NCBI GenBank assembly: GCA_043228905.1
Contig: JBHGNT010001340.1
Span: 1-9,715 of the forward strand
Source of the DNA: Azolla caroliniana
Taxonomy: Eukaryota; Plantae; Polypodiophyta
Reading direction: 5' to 3'
DNA length: 9,715 bases
How positions within the stretch are numbered: position 1 is the stretch's first letter; every line of letters starts with the position of its first letter. Of this stretch, positions 1 through 7,330 are shown one piece after another. The notes under the pieces are model-generated. The model did no database searches. It saw nothing but the letters and a program-made list of their open reading frames with translations, and was not told the origin of the DNA. The translations under genes and the position numbers were made by a program.

Positions 1-198
1 AGCGAGATCAATCTACAACATCCTAGTACGTACCTCCAAGTTGCTGATATATTTACGAAGGCCTTAGGAGTTGACAAGCTCAGGCAATTTGCATTGGACC
101 TTGGTGTCACGACATCTATATTGCCGACCTTGAGGGGGAGTACAGGTACAGGCGACATGGAAGCAATACGCAACGATACGCAACACATACGCAATTGA
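1..198 (+). pseudogene. pol: C-terminus of copia Pol (RNase H end), partial; not in the supplied ORF track
   Basis: Manual translation: SEINLQHPSTYLQVADIFTKALGVDKLRQFALDLGVTTSILPTLRGSTG...HIRN* (TGA 196-198). The ADIFTKAL motif is diagnostic of copia RNase H. Confidence 0.9.
130..140 (+). other. Canonical copia-type polypurine tract (TTGAGGGGGAG), not adjacent to the LTR
   Basis: Matches the common plant copia PPT that follows RNase H (read in frame as LRGS), but lies about 150 bp upstream of the LTR start. Confidence 0.5.
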
Positions 199-283
199 TC
201 GAGTATGCGAGTACGCAACACAAAAGATTAGACAAGTCAAAGTACGAACTGAACAACCTTCTCGACAGATAGAAGTTGTGTCC

Positions 284-292
284 GAAGGGGCA
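284..292 (+). other. LTR-proximal polypurine tract (GAAGGGG plus CA spacer)
   Basis: Purine run directly before the TG that starts the 3' LTR at 293. Confidence 0.65.
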
Positions 293-400
293 TGTTGAGA
301 GTCGAACTCAACTTCCCATAGATAGGTTTCACACTAGCTCATGGACATGTTGGGCTAGTTTTGTAAATAGTAGAAAGGGCACTTGCCCTAGCTTAGTAGG

Positions 401-408
401 TATATAAA
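401..408 (+). promoter_or_regulatory. TATA box in LTR U3 (TATATAAA)
   Basis: TATATAAA about 110 bp into the LTR; conserved in the other LTR at 5021-5028 (minus strand). Confidence 0.55.
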
Positions 409-495
409 CCAACGCATTGTAACTTAGTTATAGTTGGATGTTTTATGTTTGATGTATGTTTGGTTAATATACAGTTTTTCTATCTTTGCCTTAAG

Positions 496-497
<2 letters not shown>

Positions 498-530
<33 letters not shown>

Positions 531-560
531 CTGTTGCCTCACACACACACACACACACAC
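498..560. repeat. (CT)n and (CA)n microsatellites inside the 3' LTR
   Basis: Visible CT run at about 498-525 and CA run at about 540-560. Confidence 0.95.
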
Positions 561-613
561 TCTTAATCTTCTTCCGCTGCATTGCAATCACTCTTGCCTC
601 CCATTCTGTTACA

Positions 614-618
614 AGCAC
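614..618 (+). repeat. Target-site duplication, copy 1 (AGCAC)
   Basis: Immediately follows the CA end of the 3' LTR; its reverse complement GTGCT abuts the other LTR at 5136-5140. Confidence 0.88.
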
Positions 619-1104
619 CTAATGGTGCATGTGGGATGATTACACTCAATGAGAGAGAGAAGCGCCAAGTTCAAAACTTTGAACATTGGCTAAAAGAACA
701 AGGAATATTAGAAGAAGAAGACAACATATCATGGGTCATGGAGGAAGCCTCATTTAACGATACAATCAGAGAAATAGAGAGTATAGTGGACTTGAGCCCG
801 CATGAGCAACATACGATTCAAGTAAACTCCATCAACATGTATACCGCCATCGATGAATGCCGACGAGGGGTCATGGAGGAGTTGGTCAAAGTAAACACAA
901 AATATAAATTAGTAGATAAGAAGGTCAAACCAGTAACTATTCCGTTACCGGAGGATAGTTGGCAAAGGATGAAAGAAGTTACCAAGGATCCAAGTCTCAG
1001 AGACCCAAAAGGGATAGGTGATACCTTCACCGACGAATCAAGAGGGAAACTCCGAGTCGGGAAGGATGGCTTCCTTCTCCCCGAAGAAGAAGAAAGGTTT
1101 CAGA
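614..1104 (+). pseudogene. Ty3/gypsy-like pol fragment, region just upstream of RT, truncated at about 1104
   Basis: Open frame APNGACGMITLNE...KYKLVDKKVKPV...GFLLPEEEERFQ resembles the pre-RT segment of some gypsy-type Pol proteins (from recall). It is in frame with the 5141-5238 minus-strand flank across the TSD. Confidence 0.65.
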
Positions 1105-3340
1105 TCACTTGGTCATTCCGAACTTGTAGAGTAAGTTGAGGACGTAGTGCCGTTGTGAGATCATTATCTTGATTGGTGTCCAAATTACTTCAATGCCTAG
1201 GAAGTAATGGAGTTCGTGTAGGTCTTGCATTTCAAATCTATCGGAGAGAAGTGTTTTGACTTTGTTGATCTCGGCAAGATCCTTTCCTCCGATGACCAAG
1301 TCATCCATGTATAGGATGATGATGATCGGGCTATCCGACTCATTTCGGATGTACAGAGAAGTATCGGATTTTGACATCCGAAATCCGACTTGCTGAAGAT
1401 ATTGCGTGATCTTCGAATGCCAAGCACGCGGTGCTTGTTTGAGGCCATAGAGTGGCTTCTTGAGTTGGCATACCACGTGCAAATGTTTACGCAATTCGAA
1501 TACGGGTGGTTGTATCATGTACACCTCTTCTTCTAACTCTCCTTGGAGGAAGGCATTTTTCATGTCCATCTGGTGGAGGTGCCATTCTTTCACTACGGCG
1601 AGTGCAATTACTGTCCGTATAGTTGTCATCTTTGCCACCGGGGCAAAGGTTTCTTCGTAGTCTATGCCATGCGTTTGCGCGTAGCCTTTCGCAACGAGCC
1701 GTGCTTTAAAGCAGTTTACAAAGCCGTCGGCATTGTATTTTACTTTGTATATCCATCTGCAACCAATCACTTTCTTGTTGGGGGGGAGAGGAACGAGATC
1801 CCATGTCTCGTTTTTGCATAAAGCATCCATCTCCTCGTTCATCCCGTCGACCCATCGCGAATGCTTTGCGGCTTCGGAAAGCGTTTCTAGTTCCTGTACT
1901 GACGCTACTTTCATCATAAAGGCGTAGTGATACGCCATGTACTCGTCGTAGCCATAGCGGTTTACGGGGTTCTTTTCGCGTCTGGATCGGCGTAGCTCTC
2001 GATCCGTGGGGAGTATGGCTTTCTTCACTCCATCTATGCGGATGTCGAGATCTTCAAGTTCACTGTCAAGAGAGTGAAGCATCTCGGTCTCTTCATGATC
2101 TTCATATTCCTGCATTTTCGCCTTCCCTTTGTCCAACTTTGGACTCGGCCGAGATGTGCTTTCATTGCTCGGCGGCTCTGATGGCCGACTCAACCGTGTC
2201 GTAATTGGGTTGTCTTTTAAGATCTGTGGGAGCCGATCCTCAGCTTCTATTTCTATTTCAGTGTCATCCGCGTCGAGCGGGGTTGAAGTCGACGTATTCT
2301 CTAGTGCGTACCAAGATGCATATTCGTCGAAGACTACGTCTTGACTTGTTCGAACCTTACATGTAGATGGGTTGTAGCATTTGTACCCCTTCCGTTCAAG
2401 TGAGTATCCTACGAGGATACATTTCTCCGACATTGGGTCAAGCTTTTGCCGCGTACCGTCGGGAATATGTACGTAGGCGATAGAACCGAAAATGCAGACA
2501 TGTGACAAGTTCGGCTTCTTTCCGAAGAATTTCTCATGCGGAGTTATATCATGTACTGCCAAGGTTGTGCACTTCTTCATGAGATATACGGTCGTATTTG
2601 CCGCTTCTGCCCAATATGATTTCGGCAGGTTCTTCTCGTTTATCATGGCTCGTGCGACTTGTACTACATGGCGATTTTTACGCTCTGCTACGCCATTTTG
2701 CTGAGGCGTGTGTCGACATGAGAACTCTCGTCGGATTCCTTCTTTTCGGAGATACTCCATAAATTCATCCGAAAAATATTCTTTGCCTTCATCTGATCGA
2801 AGACAGCATACATGCCGACCCGTAGTTTTTGGACTTCAGCTTTGAATTTCTGGAAGTGCCTGAACACTTCACTCTTCTGGTTCATCGGATAGATCCAAGT
2901 GTTCCTGGAGAAGTCGTCAATGAACGTGACATAGTATCGGCATCCGCCAAATGTTGTTGTCTGGGCTGGTCCCCACACATCTGAATGTACGTCACCCAGG
3001 AAGTGCCTAAACACATTCACTCTTCTGCTTCATCGGATAGATCCAGGTGTTCCTAGAGAAGTCGTCGATGAACGTGACATAGTATCGGCATCCGCCAAAT
3101 GTTGTTGTTTGAGTTGGTCCCCACACATCTGAATGTAGGACATCCAGGATTCCTTTGCTCACATTCTGCCCTTTAGGGAATGGGTGATTGCGTTGCTTTA
3201 CGAACTGACATGCTTCGCATACGCCTGTAATCTCCCTCGCCGTAAAGTTCGGTAGTCCAATTACGACTCCTTTCAATTGCATATTCTAGAGCTTTTGGAG
3301 ATTGTTGTGGCCGATTCTCTTGCGTCATAGCTTCAAGTCG
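1105..3340 (-). pseudogene. pol: copia Pol integrase plus reverse transcriptase; frameshifted and truncated before RNase H
   Basis: Integrase motifs CEACQ, LHSDVWGP, FIDDFSR, TPQQNGVAERKNR and VGYSLERKGYKCY. RT motifs KARLVAKGYAQTHGIDYEETFAPV, QMDMKNAFLQG, LYGLKQAPRAW and LYMDDL. Stops near 3288 and 3325, frameshift near 2828. Confidence 0.95.
2852..3149. repeat. Tandem duplication of about 147 bp within the integrase core
   Basis: GGAAGTGCC starts at both 2852 and 2999. HSDVWGPxQTTTFGGCRYYVTFIDDFSRNTWIYPMxQKSE is encoded twice. Confidence 0.95.
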
Positions 3341-3357
3341 GTTTCGACTTTCTGGCC

Positions 3358-4712
3358 CTATGCAAACACGGCCGACTTGATATCGCTCGATCCGCGGATG
3401 AACATACGGCCTTCACGATGGTCGTGAGCTATGACTTGATCGCCTTTCTCGATGAAGCACCCATCGTTATTGAAGCGTACTTGCATTCCTTGTTCAACAT
3501 TTTGGCCAACCGAGACTAGGTTTTTCATAATAGTGGGGACATGCAGCACGTTTTTGAGGTAGTTCTGTTTGCCGTCGTTTCTGAATGGGACGTTCCCAAT
3601 ATGCTGTATTGGGTGAGTCGTGTCATCTCCTGTTTTGACAGATCTGGGACATTCGGGCTTCCGTAGTTCCCGAAACCAATATTCATGGGATGTTTTGTGA
3701 TTGGATGCTCCCAAATCGACAAACCATACATTGTTCGGAGTGGAAGCGGTAGTTGACGCAAGCGCGGACATTGAGTGTGCTTCGTGCTTTGTTATGAACA
3801 TTCTGTCACGATTGTCGTAGTTGCAGTTCGTGGCATAATTTGTTAGTTTTCGGCCTTGCTCACACTTCTTCCTCCGACACTCCTCTTCGTAGTGGCCGGG
3901 TTTTCCACAGTACCCGCACTCAACTGGGTTCCTACGGTTTCTTGGTTCAGCGTGATGACTCCGCCTTCCGCCGAACTCTTTGGGGCCGTTTTTGTCCGCT
4001 TGCCATTGGTGGGAGTTATGCTCTTGGTTGTGTTGGCCTTGGCCAAATCGACCTCTCCTTGCACTGCTTTTGTCCTCTTCTTCCATCGAAGTTCGAATAT
4101 AGCATTTGTCTATCATACGTGGTGTTCCTTTGACGCTCGTGATTCTCTTCAACTAGCAACAATGATTGGAGATCAGAAAAGGAGGGAGGATTCTCTCTCG
4201 CGAGAACGGCCGATCTTATTGTGCCAAATCACGGTGCCAAGCCACCGAGGCATATCTGCACCATTTCTTCGTCGTCAATGCTAACATTGATCAATCCAAG
4301 GGCATCGCACAACTCCTTGATCTTTAAGGTGTAGTTGCCGATTGACATGTCCCTTTGTTGAAGATTGTTCAGCTCCTGTCGAAGTTGGAGATTTCGTGTG
4401 GTTGTAATGGCTGCGAAAATCTTCTTGAGGTTTTCCGATGCCTCCTTTGGCGTGTTTGCCTCTCGACTATAGCCAAGCATATGATCATGAACGCATGATG
4501 CAAGGCAATACAACACACGGCTTGCAGCCTGCTCCCAATCAGGATAGTCGGCGTGTGTTGGGTTGGGTTGTGATTTGTGAGCTCCTTCGATGTAGCTCCA
4601 GTAGCCTTGTCCGACAAGGTATTTACTATTGATGCATCTTGTATTTCCAAGATGCAAAGTTTGCTCTATCGAGCTTCTCGGTAGGAAGAGTGCTTCCCAT
4701 TTGAGTATTCAT
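3358..4712 (-). pseudogene. gag: copia Gag (UBN2/Retrotran_gag_2-like plus zinc knuckle) and aspartic protease, frameshifted
   Basis: ATG at 4712 gives MNTQMGSTLPTEKLDRANFASWKYKMHQ, then YLVGQGYWSYIEG. Zinc knuckle CGYCGKPGHYEEEC (CX2CX4HX4C). Protease WFVDLGASNH (DSG changed to DLG) and LKNVLHVPTIMKNLVSVGQ. Confidence 0.92.
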
Positions 4713-4801
4713 GGTGATTTCTTCTCTATTGACGGGCCGGTTCTGTTGATCGTCGGCGTGCAACACAACAAAATCGAATAGGCTTAATTAGGCAACCACA
4801 C

Positions 4802-4813
4802 GCTCTGATACCA
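4802..4813 (-). other. Primer-binding site for initiator tRNA-Met (TGGTATCAGAGC)
   Basis: The minus strand reads TGGTATCAGAGC directly after the CA end of the 5' LTR. Confidence 0.95.
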
Positions 4814-4898
4814 TGTCACAGAATGGGAGGCAAGAGTGATTGCAATGCAGCGGAAGAAGATTGAGAGTGTGTGTGTGTGTGTGTGTGTGTGTGAGGCA

Positions 4899-4932
<34 letters not shown>

Positions 4933-5135
4933 CTGAAGGTAAATATAGAAATAACTATATTTTGACTAAAAATACATCAAAAATAAAACATCCAACTATA
5001 ACTAAGTTACAATGTGTTAGTTTATATACCAACTAAGCTAGCGCAAGTGCCCTTTCTACTTTTACAAAACTAGCCCAACATGTCCATGAGCTAGTGTGAA
5101 ACCTATCTATGGGAAGTTGAGTTCGACTCTCAACA
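4814..5135 (-). repeat. 5' LTR of the copia element (322 bp)
   Basis: Minus strand reads TGTTGAGAG...TGTGACA, is followed by the PBS, and is homologous to 293-613. Confidence 0.95.
4867..4930. repeat. (GT)n and (AG)n microsatellites inside the 5' LTR
   Basis: Visible GT run at about 4867-4893 and AG run at 4901-4930. Confidence 0.95.
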
Positions 5136-5140
5136 GTGCT
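5136..5140 (-). repeat. Target-site duplication, copy 2 (AGCAC on the minus strand)
   Basis: GTGCT directly follows ...CTCAACA on the plus strand. Confidence 0.88.
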
Positions 5141-5440
5141 AAATATAGTTTTCCTTCTTGCTTCTTTCTTCTTTTCAAGGACTTACTTTTTCTCGGACGA
5201 TCTTTGCCCCATTCTTCAATAGTCTGTGTTAAAAATCTGAGGCCTCATCTCTGAGGTTATCTTGGTTCCTCTCGTGATTAGCTCGCACTGTCAAGAATTG
5301 AACCAACTTTTGACCATCAAGACTCTTCACCCGAGCGAATGTTGCTCCACTATCGAACACCTTAGTCTCCATCCTTGATGATGTTATGTAGGGTTGCCCA
5401 AGAATCACCGAATGTGAAGCCAAATCTTGCGCAAAAAAGT
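5136..5440 (-). pseudogene. Ty3/gypsy-like fragment: C-terminal half of the aspartic protease, end of ORF1 and start of the pol frame; 5'-truncated at about 5440
   Basis: FFAQDLASHSVILGQPY resembles the retropepsin ILG motif. ORF1 ends EASDF* at 5229. A second frame, RFLTQTIEEWGKD...KLYLA, runs open up to the TSD. Confidence 0.7.
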
Positions 5441-5632
5441 CCCATAATAAGCCCTATTCCTCCCCTCTTATAGAGGACAAGGGCGCCTATATTAACATTA
5501 CATGCTTTTTCTTTTTCCTTTACTACAAAAATGGAACGGGAGCAAAATACTCCTTAATTCATCACAAGAGAGTCTTGAACTCTACACCTCCCCATGTATA
5601 CTTATAAGCCTTAACCACTAAGCTACTACAAC

Positions 5633-5649
5633 TTTATTATTATTATTAT
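5633..5649. repeat. Short (TTA)n microsatellite
   Basis: TTATTATTATTATTATA in the AT-rich spacer. Confidence 0.7.
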
Positions 5650-7237
5650 ATTTTCATTCATATATTACTTTATGACATGTGCGTCAAGCTTCACTTTTTC
5701 TCACACTACACACGCCACACCACGACAACATTATATGTACATAACGCTAATTACCCCTTTGTTTGTTTGTGTTTTGTGTGTTACCATTACACAATGAATA
5801 TCAACAACAATACATTATATTATATTCAAAATGAGATCACACTAATCACTTATACAATAATTCATTTTAATTGAAAGGATGAAGCCAAAGTATTGCCATT
5901 CAATCAACACTATGGATAAAATTGAGCTAAATGATATACACAAGAAACCAAAAAATGTGGAAAATGGCTATAGAAAAGATCAATGACAATATGGAAATTG
6001 TGAACAACATATTGAATGTTTTATGTATTATATCGTGAAGTTTTTCTTTTATAGTTAGTTGCAATCGTAATGGTGGAAATTGGTGATCATTTTTGCTAGT
6101 ACAATTGATATTGATCTTCAAGTACTATAGTAATGACCTGAAGTTGCAACTCGTGTTTACTTATGCCTTTTGCAAACATAAAGAAGATGTGTGAAACATA
6201 CTGAAACCCAAAGAAACATGGTGACAAATCAACACATTTATTTGGGTTTTGGTATGTTTATGCCTTCATGTTTATGTTTCGTATACAAGAAGTTCAACAT
6301 TCATCTCTAACTTTAATGTTAGCTTGAAAAATAAGTTTTAAGCCTCACAAAACCAACCACAATTTGGATGTGGCAAGCCAAATTGCGAAAGTTCATAGTG
6401 AGAGGGCAAGGAATTATAATTTATGACTATGATTGCATTAGTTATATATTGTAGCAAACTTGCTCTTTCTTTCCTTTAAGTTGCATAGTTCTCCCATATA
6501 CTTCTATGGGTTGCACTATCATACCAAGTAGGTCATTAGGGACACATCTTTATTGCGGCCTCATCAAATTGTAGTCATATAGCAGAATGAAACATTCAGT
6601 GTTATTAAGAGGGCATTGTCAATATTCCTTTGGTACAATAGTCTACATTTTGCACGGGTTCCTACCTTTGTTATACATTGATCGTCTTCAAAGTATCATC
6701 TCTTCTAAGATTTAAGTTATACATTGACCCTTCAATTCCTTTTCCTTGTTATCACATTACAACACACTTGTAGTTCAACTTGCTCGATGAGTACATGATA
6801 GTATGTAATGGACATGTCACAATGTAACGAGAGTTCTGTCATCACAATCATCAGTCATGAAAATAGATGGTGATGGATTGGGTGACTAGAATTGGGCACT
6901 TGGATCTATTTCATCATAAATAGTTTATAGTTGGTTAGGAAATAGAGGTTTCCAAACAACAAATGTGTTTTAAAAGTAGGGTTATGTTGGTGCTTATATT
7001 TGGCATAGAAAATTTTGTGACCATTAGCAATGTGATAAATCATGTAGGAGATGTGGCACTGGTGTTTGTAACTGGGTGGTTACACTAAGGTATAATGAAG
7101 CATGGCACACGCTTTGATGGGAAGTCATGAACTGACGAACATAACAAGGAGGTGGTGTGTGGGATGACGAAACATAAACAATACACCTTTACATTACAAA
7201 AGTTTTGTTGTGAAGGGCTTGGGATTATCATAGAGTC

Positions 7238-7264
7238 TTTTTTTCTTTTAGTAAAACTTTTATT
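7238..7264 (-). terminator. LINE polyadenylation signal and decayed poly(A) tail
   Basis: The minus strand reads AATAAA (7264-7259), then AAAAGAAAAAAA (7249-7238), about 70-90 bp after the ORF2 stop. Confidence 0.7.
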
Positions 7265-7330
7265 GCTAGTGGGAAACCTCAAAGTGAGGTGAAAACCCAC
7301 AAAGAATAAAGAAAAATATACAAGTGTCAA

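Larger units (their letters stand above)
1..613 (+). mobile_element. Ty1/copia LTR retrotransposon, 3' portion (end of RNase H, 3' UTR, PPT, 3' LTR); continues off the left edge
   Basis: Frame +1 from base 1 contains the copia RNase H C-terminal motif QVADIFTKAL. It is followed by purine tracts and a TG...CA LTR matching the reverse complement of 4814-5135. Confidence 0.93.
293..613 (+). repeat. 3' LTR of the copia element (321 bp, TGTT...TACA)
   Basis: Starts TG and ends CA, is preceded by a PPT, and aligns end to end with the reverse complement of 4814-5135 (about 16 substitutions by eye, plus small indels). Confidence 0.95.
1105..5135 (-). mobile_element. Ty1/copia LTR retrotransposon, 5' portion (5' LTR, PBS, gag, PR, IN, most of RT), broken inside RT
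   Basis: The domain order gag-PR-IN-RT is diagnostic of copia. A Met PBS and an LTR lie at the 5' end. The frame stops abruptly at LLYKFGMTK*. Confidence 0.97.

Noticed and set aside
424-639. Short ORFs over the LTR (also 4836-5036)
   Set aside because: They are translations of dinucleotide microsatellites (ERERER, SLSLSL, VCVCVC).
582-1139. 185-aa ORF as a standalone gene
   Set aside because: It is chimeric: the start lies in the LTR, the body is gypsy-like pol, and the last residues are antisense copia RT.
1460-4632. Plus-strand ORFs overlapping the copia body (for example 3856-4284)
   Set aside because: They are antisense shadows of gag-pol with no recognisable motifs.
293-5135. A DNA transposon or DIRS-like element with roughly 320-bp terminal inverted repeats
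   Set aside because: The outer flanks (GGGCA and GTGCT) are not a direct TSD. The repeats have a PPT, a PBS and TG...CA ends. No transposase or tyrosine recombinase is present.
5677-6121. Two small ORFs of about 65 aa, one with a hydrophobic tail
   Set aside because: AT-rich composition explains the I/F/L/Y bias. There is no domain, splice or expression evidence.
6670-6727. 12-bp direct repeat GTTATACATTGA, 46 bp apart, and small hairpins near 5464-5476 and 6493-6510
   Set aside because: They are too short and isolated to support a MITE, Helitron end, CRISPR array or RNA gene.
7085-7330. 81-aa ORF directly after LINE ORF2 as an extra LINE ORF
   Set aside because: It runs through the poly(A) signal and tail into flanking DNA, so it is not part of the element.
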